This document shows positions 27,825-36,527 of a DNA stretch of 64,000 bases, one piece after another. Numbering within the stretch: position 1 is the first letter of the stretch; each line of letters starts with the position of its first letter. The notes under the pieces are model-generated. The model made no database searches. It saw only the letters and a list, made by a program, of their open reading frames with translations, and was not told the DNA's origin. This DNA comes from a virus. The translations under genes and the position numbers were made by a program. Location of the stretch: the IMG/VR virus record IMGVR_UViG_3300031548_000002, positions 27,364 to 91,363 of that record; one strand, given 5' to 3'.

Positions 27825-28739
27825 GTGGCAAGCACACGGCTGATCGTCTCAGGACCCAACTTCGCGCTGCCGCCGTACAACTTGGCGTCCGTCGTCGACT
27901 GGCGAGACGGCGACGGACACTGGCGCGCGGGCGTCGAGTGGGAGACCGTCTGCGGCGATGCGGACAGCACGTACGACGAGTGCGTCATCATCGGCGCAAC
28001 CAGCGGTGCGGTCACCGGTGTGCCGGTGCCGTTCCCTGAGCCGGGACCCAAGGCCGCCACGGCGACGCGCGAGAACTTCGGCGCCACGCCGTTCACGGTG
28101 TACGCCGAGGTGGACTGCTCCGCGGTCGGCTTCTACGACGACTCGACGGCGTGGGCGCGCGACCGACTGGAGCGCACCGAGTTCAAGGAGCTGGAGAAGA
28201 TCTTCTTCAGCGGCACGGTCGCCGGCGTCGTCGACGCACAGTTTCCCCACCTCGCCGCAAGTGCCGAAGTGACCGACGTTGAGGCGAACGGCAACTCGGT
28301 CACACTCCAGCAGGCGGCCACGATCGTCACCGGCTCAGCGGTGTGCGTCGAGGTAGCCCTCGGCCTGCTGGAGTCCGCCTTCGCCGACTGCTACTCGGGC
28401 GCGGGAATCGTACACGTGCCCAACGAGCTGATCCCGATCATGGACCAGGCGTACCTCCTGGAGCGCGACGATGACCGGCTGATCACCGGCAACGGCAACG
28501 TCGTCGTCGCGGGCACAGGCTACGCCGGGTCCTCGCCGGCCGGTGTGGTCGACCCCGCCGTGCGCTGGATCTACATGACCCCGCAGATCTTCGGCTACCG
28601 GTCGGAGATCCGCACCTTCGCGCCCGAAACAACGCTCGACCGCTCGGTGAACACGGTCAAGGCCATCGCCGAGCGCACGTACCTGCTGGGCTACGACTGC
28701 TGCCTGGTTGCGGTGCCCGTGTCCTTGACGTGCGGTTAG
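27825..28739 (+). CDS. second capsid protein (minor capsid/pentamer-like)
   Basis: Position after MCP; PFTVYA..C, C-terminal AERTY. Confidence 0.7.
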   Translation: MASTRLIVSGPNFALPPYNLASVVDWRDGDGHWRAGVEWETVCGDADSTYDECVIIGATSGAVTGVPVPFPEPGPKAATATRENFGATPFTVYAEVDCSAVGFYDDSTAWARDRLERTEFKELEKIFFSGTVAGVVDAQFPHLAASAEVTDVEANGNSVTLQQAATIVTGSAVCVEVALGLLESAFADCYSGAGIVHVPNELIPIMDQAYLLERDDDRLITGNGNVVVAGTGYAGSSPAGVVDPAVRWIYMTPQIFGYRSEIRTFAPETTLDRSVNTVKAIAERTYLLGYDCCLVAVPVSLTCG

Positions 28740-28750
28740 TGAGGTAAGGA

Positions 28751-29422
28751 ATGGCTGCCACTTGCGTGACGCCGATCAAGGCATCGGTGATCCGCTTCAT
28801 CAAGCTTGACGCGTGTGGTGTGCCGGTGTCCGGTGCATCGTCCGCGGTCGCGGTGTTCAACGGGTTCATCTCCGTGGGTGTGACGCCGGACTACGAGGAG
28901 GGCGAGGAGTTCATTCTCAAGCGCGCGGACGGCTCACTCTGCGTCAACGAGAAGGACCCCAACGAGCTCAAGCGCGCCGGTCTCGAGGTCGAGGTCTGCA
29001 CACTCGATCCGGACGTCCAGGTCATCGCGTCCGGTGAGCGCCTGCTGACCACCGGCACTCCCGCCACGGGCACCGGCGTCGCGTACGGCGAGGGCCAGCT
29101 GCTGGCACGCTACTCCATGGAGCTGTGGCAGCCGATCGCGGGCGCCAACGCGTGCACCCCGGGCGGCCTGCAGCAGTACGTCTACTGGCTGTTCGGCAAC
29201 GTCGGCAACACGATGATCCAGGACTTCACCTTCGAGAACGGAACGTTCACGTTCACCTTCTCGTCGGAGACGAAGGCCTGGTACACTCTCTGGCCCGACC
29301 TCATCGGCGCGCTGACGACGGGTCTCGGCGACAACGTTCTCGAGGCGAGCGAGCACTTCCTCTGGAACATCACAACGACTCCGCCGCCGACCGCCAGCTG
29401 CGGCGCCGTCCTACTCGCGTAA
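28751..29422 (+). CDS. major tail (tube) protein
   Basis: IRFIKLDACG...EEGEE...ADGSLC; position. Confidence 0.75.
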   Translation: MAATCVTPIKASVIRFIKLDACGVPVSGASSAVAVFNGFISVGVTPDYEEGEEFILKRADGSLCVNEKDPNELKRAGLEVEVCTLDPDVQVIASGERLLTTGTPATGTGVAYGEGQLLARYSMELWQPIAGANACTPGGLQQYVYWLFGNVGNTMIQDFTFENGTFTFTFSSETKAWYTLWPDLIGALTTGLGDNVLEASEHFLWNITTTPPPTASCGAVLLA

Positions 29423-29434
29423 GGAGGTCGGATC

Positions 29435-29878
29435 TTGGCCAGCATCGTCTTCAACATCTCCAAGGGACGCTTCATCCAGTACGCGTCGCTACCCGCGGCG
29501 AACGACGCGATCATCATCGTGCCTCTGGAGTCCGCTGGCCTCGAGGCCGACTCGGTGCTCATCGACTACGACACGCTCGCCGCGCTGCTCGCCGCGTCCA
29601 ACAACGAGCAGACGACCATGGGTCGGAAGACCGCGGCGGGCATCGTCATCACAGTGGACGACACCGCGAACACCGCGAGCTTCGACATGACGGACCCCGT
29701 CTGGGCGGCGGCGACCGGCAACCAGACGGGCGCCGTGCTGGTGTGCTACGATCCCGACACCACCGGCGGCACCGACGCCGACATCATTCCGCTCACCAAG
29801 CACGACTTCGTAATCACGCCCAACGGCGGCGACATCACGGGTCAGGTCGCGGCGACCGGAGTCGGACGCGCCTCCTAA
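29435..29878 (+). CDS. virion structural protein
   Basis: TPNGGDIT C-terminal motif of small phage structural proteins; AAGGAGG RBS. Confidence 0.7.
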   Translation: MASIVFNISKGRFIQYASLPAANDAIIIVPLESAGLEADSVLIDYDTLAALLAASNNEQTTMGRKTAAGIVITVDDTANTASFDMTDPVWAAATGNQTGAVLVCYDPDTTGGTDADIIPLTKHDFVITPNGGDITGQVAATGVGRAS

Positions 29879-29893
29879 GCGAGGGGAGGACGC

Positions 29894-31582
29894 GTGGTTG
29901 AGAGCATCTTCACGTCGCAGACGCCTGCGACGCCCGACGCCAACGACGGCGCGTCGACGCTCGGAACGGTGTTCACCGCGGCAGTGAACGGCACGATCGA
30001 CGGGTGCCGCTGGTTCGCGCCCAGCGTCGTGCCCAGTGGCACCGTGCAGGCGCTGCTCTACCAGTGGACGAATGACGCCACGGGTACGCTGCTCGCGCAA
30101 ATCAACTTCGGCGCGATCACGCCCGGCACGTGGAACACCGTCAACTACGCGGCGCCGGTTGCGATCACCGCGGGCCAGCGGTACGTCACGTGCATCTTCA
30201 CGAACGATCACTACTGCTTCACGAACTTCGTCTTCACCAGCTCGCCGATCGTCAACGGTAACCTCACCGCGGTCCAGGACAACCCCGGCGGCAACCCTCA
30301 CAACGGTAAGTTCATCCAGAACGCCACGCCGGCGTACCCCACGCAGGAGTTCCGCCAGTCGAACTACTTCGTGGACGTTCTCTTCACCGCGGCTGCGGCG
30401 CCGTCGGGACAGACCGGCGTCATCGCGACGTCGGAAGAGACGGACGTCGCGTTTCCGTTCAGCATCGCGCTGGGCCTGGGCACCGCCGAAGAGACTGATG
30501 AGGCGTTTCCGATCACGGTGCTGATCGGTCCGGTCACGGTCGCGATCACCGGCGCGTCCGAGGTGGACGAGGCGTTTGCGATCACCCCGATCGCCGGTGA
30601 CGCTACAATACCGCTAGAAACCGCCGAAGAGGTTGACGAGGCGTTTTCGATCACAGCTCTTGGCGATCAAGTCGTCGCGATCAGCACCGCGGAGGAGACG
30701 GACGCAGCCTTCACGATCTCACCGAGGAGCGCGGGTGTGGCCACGACGTTCAACTCCACCGGACCGTGCTCGCCACTGGACGACTGGCAGCCGATCTGGT
30801 GCGAGGAGCTGAGTCCGGAGGCGCAGGCCGTGACCGGCGACGCGGTCGAGATGGCCGCGGACATCCTGTGGATCGCGACCGGCCAGCGGTTCGGACTCTG
30901 CACAACGACCATCCGGCCCTGCCGTGAGGACTGCTCGTCGGACTGGTTCGGCGTTGAGAACCAGTGGTGGCCCGGAGTCGGCGGGATGTACCGCAGCTTC
31001 GGCGGAGGCGGACCACGACCGTGGTGGTACAACGGCGTGTGGTACAACGTCTGTGGCGGTTGCGCGGGCTCGTGCTCGTGCACGGTGCTGGACTCGGCGA
31101 ACCTGCCCGCGCCGACGCGCGAGGTCGTCGAGGTGAAGCTCGACGGCGCCGTGCTGGACCCGTCGAAGTACCGCGTCGACGAGAACCGCAAGCTCGTTCG
31201 GACCGACGGACTTCTCTGGCCGATGTGCCAGGACATGGCCGCGGACGACGACCAGCCGGGCACGTGGTCCGTTACGATCACCGTCGGCGAGGACGTCCCG
31301 AAGCTCGCGCGGCGCGCGGTGGGCCAGCTGGCCGCGGAGTTTGCGAAGGACTGTGCGGGCGAGGCTTGTCAGCTGCCGTATGAGATCACCTCGCTGTCGC
31401 GTCAGGGCATCAACATGTCGTTCGGCTCGCCCGATGAGGTCGATGCGATCACAGGCCAGCTCAACTTGCGCTGGGTAAACCTCTTCATCAACACGTACAA
31501 CCCGTCCGGACTGCGTCACCGCGCCAAGACGTACGACGTCGATCGCAACCCGCGACCGTGGCGAAGGGTGGACACGAGCTGA
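29894..31582 (+). CDS. DUF4082-like domain + acidic repeats fused to head-to-tail adaptor
   Basis: LGTVF...NYFVDVLF N-domain; five EETDEAF-type repeats; ILWIATGQRFG...IRPC...CQLP..ITSLSRQG adaptor. Confidence 0.7.
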   Translation: MVESIFTSQTPATPDANDGASTLGTVFTAAVNGTIDGCRWFAPSVVPSGTVQALLYQWTNDATGTLLAQINFGAITPGTWNTVNYAAPVAITAGQRYVTCIFTNDHYCFTNFVFTSSPIVNGNLTAVQDNPGGNPHNGKFIQNATPAYPTQEFRQSNYFVDVLFTAAAAPSGQTGVIATSEETDVAFPFSIALGLGTAEETDEAFPITVLIGPVTVAITGASEVDEAFAITPIAGDATIPLETAEEVDEAFSITALGDQVVAISTAEETDAAFTISPRSAGVATTFNSTGPCSPLDDWQPIWCEELSPEAQAVTGDAVEMAADILWIATGQRFGLCTTTIRPCREDCSSDWFGVENQWWPGVGGMYRSFGGGGPRPWWYNGVWYNVCGGCAGSCSCTVLDSANLPAPTREVVEVKLDGAVLDPSKYRVDENRKLVRTDGLLWPMCQDMAADDDQPGTWSVTITVGEDVPKLARRAVGQLAAEFAKDCAGEACQLPYEITSLSRQGINMSFGSPDEVDAITGQLNLRWVNLFINTYNPSGLRHRAKTYDVDRNPRPWRRVDTS

Positions 31583-32109
31583 TGCCGAGTCAGTACACCC
31601 CGCTAGGCCACTACGTCAACGTCACCGGCATCGCGGAGTGCATCACCGAGCGGCTGGCCGCGACAACCGGCGGCCTGCCCGACCGCGTCTGCATCTACCC
31701 GGGCGACGTCGCGTGGGATGAGTGTGAGTGTGGCCTGCTAGCGCTGACCACGTCGCGGATCTTCGGCTCCGAGACGTTTCCCAACGAGGGGCTGGCGGGC
31801 GTCAGCATCTCGCAGTGCGGCCTGCCATACCTCGTCGCGAACGTCGACATCACGATGCTGCGCTGCGTTCCATCCGTCCAGGCGGGCAAGCGCGCGCCGT
31901 CGTGCGCGGCGCTGGGCGATGCGACGCAGATCATGTACGAGGATGCATTCGCCGTCTGGCAGGGAACGCTGTGCTGCCTACTGGAGATGCGTAAGCTCGG
32001 CATGGTGGCGGAGTACAACCTCGCCGCACAGACGTTCGTCGGGCCGCAGGGCCAGTGCGCGGGCTCGACGATGTCCATCCAGCTGGGCTACATCGGCCCC
32101 TGCTGCTAG
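31582..32109 (+). CDS. head-tail/tail terminator protein
   Basis: PGDVAWDECECG...LRC...VGPQGQCAG; position. Confidence 0.65.
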   Translation: MPSQYTPLGHYVNVTGIAECITERLAATTGGLPDRVCIYPGDVAWDECECGLLALTTSRIFGSETFPNEGLAGVSISQCGLPYLVANVDITMLRCVPSVQAGKRAPSCAALGDATQIMYEDAFAVWQGTLCCLLEMRKLGMVAEYNLAAQTFVGPQGQCAGSTMSIQLGYIGPCC

Positions 32110-32118
32110 GAGGTCACG

Positions 32119-32526
32119 ATGGCGCAGGTGAACCTGCAGATCAACCAGAACGCCGTGCGCGCGCTGCTGCTCGACCCCAACAGCGGTGTGGCGCGCGACC
32201 TGCTACGTCGCGGCAACAACGTCGCCACGTTGGCGAAGAAGTACGCCCCGGTGAACACCGGTCGCTTGCGAGCGAGCATCGAGGCGAAGCTCGTACGCTA
32301 CGGCGACAACGTGGCGGTGATCGTCGGCACGAACGTCGAGTACGCGATGTACCAGCACGAGGGCACCGGTATCTACGGGCCGCAGGGTCAGCCCATTCGC
32401 CCGCGGAACGCCAAGTTCCTGCGGTTCAAGCCGAAGGGCTCCGGCGCGTATGTGTTCGCGCGCGAGGTGCGCGGCTCGATGCCGACGTTCTTCCTGAAGC
32501 GCGCGCTGGTCGCCGCGGCGGAGTAG
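32119..32526 (+). CDS. HK97 gp10-like tail completion protein
   Basis: APVNTGRLRASI...VGTNVEYAMYQHEGT. Confidence 0.8.
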   Translation: MAQVNLQINQNAVRALLLDPNSGVARDLLRRGNNVATLAKKYAPVNTGRLRASIEAKLVRYGDNVAVIVGTNVEYAMYQHEGTGIYGPQGQPIRPRNAKFLRFKPKGSGAYVFAREVRGSMPTFFLKRALVAAAE

Positions 32527-32589
32527 CCTCTGGACGCGCACGAAGTGGAGACTAGTACGCTAGAACCGGTCACCACACTGGGAGGTTAG

Positions 32590-32997
32590 ATGACCACCGA
32601 CGTGCGCTTCAAAGACTTCAGCACCCCGAACCAGCCGGTCAGCTTCCAGGTCGACGGCGACCTCTTCGAGGCTCCCGCGGTGCTGCCGGTTCCCGTCATG
32701 CAGGAGCTGGTCGTCACCGCCGACAAGCTCAAGAACATCGGCGAGGACGCATCCGTCTTCACCGCGATGATCGAGATCTTCGATGTGATCCTCGTCGACG
32801 CGTCCGCGGCGCGCTTTCGCGAGCGCGTGAACAGCAAGACGGAGCCGATCGGCATGCAGCAGATCGTCGACATCATGCTGTGGCTGCTGGAGGCGTATGG
32901 GCTCCGCCCTACTCAGCCGTCATCGGACTCTTTGACTGGTGCGCTCGCAGAGATGTCTGGCACGCCTTCAGTGGCTGGTGCGCCGAGCGCCGGGTAG
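32590..32997 (+). CDS. tail assembly chaperone
   Basis: Directly upstream of the tape measure gene; ...YGLRPT near the end. Confidence 0.75.
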   Translation: MTTDVRFKDFSTPNQPVSFQVDGDLFEAPAVLPVPVMQELVVTADKLKNIGEDASVFTAMIEIFDVILVDASAARFRERVNSKTEPIGMQQIVDIMLWLLEAYGLRPTQPSSDSLTGALAEMSGTPSVAGAPSAG

Positions 32998-33239
32998 ATC
33001 CGCTGCAGCTGCGACCGAGCGCCTTTCTCGACCTCGTACAGCACTACCTATACAGCGTGTATGAGATCGAGGAGAAGAAGCGCGTGCAGCTTCAGCGCGA
33101 GCTCGTGGGCGTTCCACGGCTGCTGCTACCGGAGGCTGAAGCGGACTCGGTTCCGAAGTGGGCACCGGCGTGGTGGGGCGGCGATGAGGACGCCACCGCG
33201 TCGAACTTCGCCGCAATGGCGGCGTTGAAGCGAGGCTAG
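32907..33239 (+). CDS. tail assembly chaperone, -1 frameshifted C-terminal part
   Basis: Overlapping -1 frame ORF without its own RBS, entered at CGC CCT AC. Confidence 0.65.
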   Translation, partial: PYSAVIGLFDWCARRDVWHAFSGWCAERRVDPLQLRPSAFLDLVQHYLYSVYEIEEKKRVQLQRELVGVPRLLLPEAEADSVPKWAPAWWGGDEDATASNFAAMAALKRG

Positions 33240-33248
33240 GAGGACGGC

Positions 33249-36200
33249 GTGACCTCACCGACCGGACCAATCGTCGCCACCGCGTCGGTCGCGATCACGC
33301 CGTCCACGGCCGCGTTCAACGCGCAACTGCGAGCGGGACTTCAGAACGCGCAGCAGGCCGTCAGCGACGCCGCCGACGCGATGGGCGACGCGATCGCGCG
33401 GGAGATCACGCGCGGCGTCGCGGAGGCGCGCATCGCGCTGGCCGCGCTGACGGCGGGACTCAACGAGCGACTGAACGTCACGATCACCAACACCGAGCGC
33501 GTGGGCGGCGCGCTACTCGACGTCGGTAAGAAGGCGACCACGGCGGGCGTCGCGATCGGCGCCCTGGGAGCGGCGGCGGGAAGCGCGGCGTTCACGCTGG
33601 GCGCGCTCTTGGGCACCGCGAGTGAGCTCTCCGGAATCCTCGTGGGCCTGCCCGCGCTCATCGGCTCGGCGGCGCTGGTCATGGGCACGCTGAAGCTCGC
33701 GACCCAGGGCGTCGGCGAGGCGATGGGCGCGGCGCTGTCCGGCGACACGGAGGCGTTCGCCGCCGCACTGGAGGAACTCTCACCCGCGGCGCGCGAGCTC
33801 GCCTTCGACGTGCAGGCGCTCAGCGGACGCTTCGACACGCTGAAGGAGCGGGTCCAGGAGAACTTCTTCGCTCCCCTGGTCGGACCCTTTGAGGCGTTCT
33901 CCAAGCAGGCAGCGGGTGTGGCGGAGAAGGGACTGCCACGGATCTCCACCGAGCTCGGCAAGATCTCGAGTGAGTTCTTGAAGGTCGCGAACAGCGGTGC
34001 ATTCTTCGGCGGGCTGCAGGCACTCATCGACCAGACGGTCAGCGGCCTGCAGCGGTGGCGGGGCGTCACCGGCCAGGTCGCGGACGCCATCGGCAACCTC
34101 TTTCGCGTGGGCTCGCAGTTCGCCGGCGACATGATCGGCGGCATCGGCGGCGTCGTGGAGCAGTTCGCGGCGTGGATCAACACGGCGTCGCAAACGGGCG
34201 AGCTGCAGGCGCGACTCCAGAGCGCGCTGGACGCGTTCGCGCAGCTGGGCCGGATCATCGGAAACGTCGGCGACATCTTCGGCGCCTTCTGGTTCGCGGC
34301 GCAGGAGGCGGGCGCAAGCTTCCTCGGCGTCCTGGAGAACCTCACCTCGAAGTTCGCCGCGTTCCTCAACTCGGATGCGGGCATTGAGAGTCTCACCGCG
34401 CTGATGAACGCGGGCGCCACCGCGGCGTCGATCCTAGGTGATGCGGTCGCCGGGCTGCTGCCGGTCGTGGGTCAGCTCGTGATGACGTTCAGCCAGGCGC
34501 TGGTCGGCGCGCTGCAGGCCGTGAAGCCGGGTCTCGACGCTCTGATCGAGGGGATAGCTCTCTTCGCGCAGGAAGCATCGGGTGGAGTCAGCAACGCGAT
34601 CGGAGTGATCGCGGACGTCCTAGGACGATTGCTTACGGCGGTGGCACCGTTGTTGCCCGCCATCGGCCAGCTGGTGGGTCTGCTGGCGGAGCACTTCGCC
34701 GCGGTGCTCGAGGCCGTCGCGCCGCTTCTGGTCGCGTTCCTCGACGCACTTCAGCCAATGATCCCGATCATCAGCGACCTGGTGTCGCAGGTGCTCACGG
34801 CGTTCGTCGGCGCGCTCACCGCGATCTTCACCGCGATCGAGCCGCTCATTCCCACGCTGATCCAGCTGGCGACGAAGGTGCTCACGCTGGTCGCAGAGCA
34901 CTTCATTCACATCTTCGAGGCCGTTGAGCCACTGATCCCGATCATCGTGGACCTCGCGGAGCAGGGCTTCGCGATCTTGGCGGACGTCCTGCCGGTCATC
35001 ATGGACGTCCTCGAGCCGCTGCTGCCGATCATCGCTGACTTGGCGCGCGAGATCGGCGGCGCACTGGCGCCGGTGCTGCCCGCGATCGCCGAGGCGTTCC
35101 GTGAGATCTTCCAGCAGCTGCGCCCGGTGCTGCCGCAGCTGGCCGAGCTGGCCGGCGACATCCTTGTGACGCTGGCGCAGCTGTTCACCGCGCTGGTGCG
35201 CGCGGTCGCGCCGCTGCTGCCGCCGCTGATCCAGATCGGCACCGAGATCCTCGCGGTGCTCATGCCCGCGTTCAATGACCTGCTGCAGGCGATCATTCCG
35301 ATCTTGCCGGTGCTCTCGGACCTCGCGGTGCGCGTGCTGCGCGAGGCGCTGTTGCCGATCATTCAGGCGCTGCTGCCGATCATTCCGATCTTGGTGGACG
35401 CGTTCATTCAGCTGCTGCCGTCGGTCGTGGCCCTCGCGCCACCCATCGCCGAGATCGCGATCGCGCTGACTCCGATCATCGTGCTAGCTGCCCAGCTGGC
35501 GACCGTGCTCATTCAGGTGGTCGCGCCCGCGATTGTGGTTATCATGACCGTCGTCAATGAGCTGCGCAACACAGCTCTCATACTGCTCGCGGCGGCCATC
35601 GAGGCCCTGGTCGTTGTGGTGCAAATCGCGTGGGAGACGATCGTCAGCGTGATCCAGATCGCGTGGCTCGTCATTAAGGGCGTCTTTGACACCATCATCT
35701 CCGTGCTGCAGGGCGACTTCGGCGAGGCGTGGCGTCGGCTCCAGCGGCTGGTGGACGAGGTCTGGACCAAGATCAAAGAGCTCGTCACCAACGCGGTCAG
35801 CAGTGTGGTGACGTACGTCACCGAGTGGGGCCCGAAGCTCTACACGGCGGGCAAGGACTCCGCGCAGCGCGTGTGGGATGCGTTCAGTGAGATGTTCGGC
35901 GGGTTGTTTAAGAGCTTCGGCGGTTGGATCGTCGACATCGTCAAGTGGATGGGCGCCATCAAGGGCGCCATCGGACTGTTCTTCATGGACGCCGCTAAGT
36001 GGCTCTACAACTTCGGCAAGGACGTCATTCAGGGCTTCATCAACGGCCTGATCGACAAGGCCCAAGAGCTGTACGATAAGATGCAGGGCATCATCGACAA
36101 GGCTAAGGGCCTCTGGGAAGCGGGCACCGGCTGGCTCTTCGGCTCGCCGTCCAAGTGGATGCTGCAGCGCGGTAAGTGGGTTGTGGAGGGATTCGTTGAG

Positions 36201-36527
36201 GGGCTGGAGGACAGGGAGTCCCTCGCTGTGAGCGCGTCGCAGAGTCTCATCGATGCGACGAAACGCCCGTTTGAGACGTCGCTGACGGCCGGCGTGCCCA
36301 ACCTATCGAGCATCCTGGGAACGGCCGCCGTCGCCGCACCGGGAGCCACCGCGGGCGGTGCGGGAACCACCACGACCGTTACCTTCGCGCAGGGCGCCGT
36401 GGTGGTCAGCTTCGAGGGCGTCGTTCCCTCCGAGACGGAGGCGCTGGCCACCGGCCGCGCGGTCGGACGCGGAATCGCGGAGTCGCTCGCGCGCCGCGAC
36501 ACACAGCTTGCGGTAAGGGTGATGTGA
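33249..36527 (+). CDS. tape measure protein
   Basis: 1092 aa Ala/Leu-rich helical repeats, GSPSK near the C-terminus. Confidence 0.92.
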   Translation: MTSPTGPIVATASVAITPSTAAFNAQLRAGLQNAQQAVSDAADAMGDAIAREITRGVAEARIALAALTAGLNERLNVTITNTERVGGALLDVGKKATTAGVAIGALGAAAGSAAFTLGALLGTASELSGILVGLPALIGSAALVMGTLKLATQGVGEAMGAALSGDTEAFAAALEELSPAARELAFDVQALSGRFDTLKERVQENFFAPLVGPFEAFSKQAAGVAEKGLPRISTELGKISSEFLKVANSGAFFGGLQALIDQTVSGLQRWRGVTGQVADAIGNLFRVGSQFAGDMIGGIGGVVEQFAAWINTASQTGELQARLQSALDAFAQLGRIIGNVGDIFGAFWFAAQEAGASFLGVLENLTSKFAAFLNSDAGIESLTALMNAGATAASILGDAVAGLLPVVGQLVMTFSQALVGALQAVKPGLDALIEGIALFAQEASGGVSNAIGVIADVLGRLLTAVAPLLPAIGQLVGLLAEHFAAVLEAVAPLLVAFLDALQPMIPIISDLVSQVLTAFVGALTAIFTAIEPLIPTLIQLATKVLTLVAEHFIHIFEAVEPLIPIIVDLAEQGFAILADVLPVIMDVLEPLLPIIADLAREIGGALAPVLPAIAEAFREIFQQLRPVLPQLAELAGDILVTLAQLFTALVRAVAPLLPPLIQIGTEILAVLMPAFNDLLQAIIPILPVLSDLAVRVLREALLPIIQALLPIIPILVDAFIQLLPSVVALAPPIAEIAIALTPIIVLAAQLATVLIQVVAPAIVVIMTVVNELRNTALILLAAAIEALVVVVQIAWETIVSVIQIAWLVIKGVFDTIISVLQGDFGEAWRRLQRLVDEVWTKIKELVTNAVSSVVTYVTEWGPKLYTAGKDSAQRVWDAFSEMFGGLFKSFGGWIVDIVKWMGAIKGAIGLFFMDAAKWLYNFGKDVIQGFINGLIDKAQELYDKMQGIIDKAKGLWEAGTGWLFGSPSKWMLQRGKWVVEGFVEGLEDRESLAVSASQSLIDATKRPFETSLTAGVPNLSSILGTAAVAAPGATAGGAGTTTTVTFAQGAVVVSFEGVVPSETEALATGRAVGRGIAESLARRDTQLAVRVM

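Noticed and set aside
34450-35700. Periodic LLPxI repeats
   Set aside because: Ordinary tape-measure helical repeats
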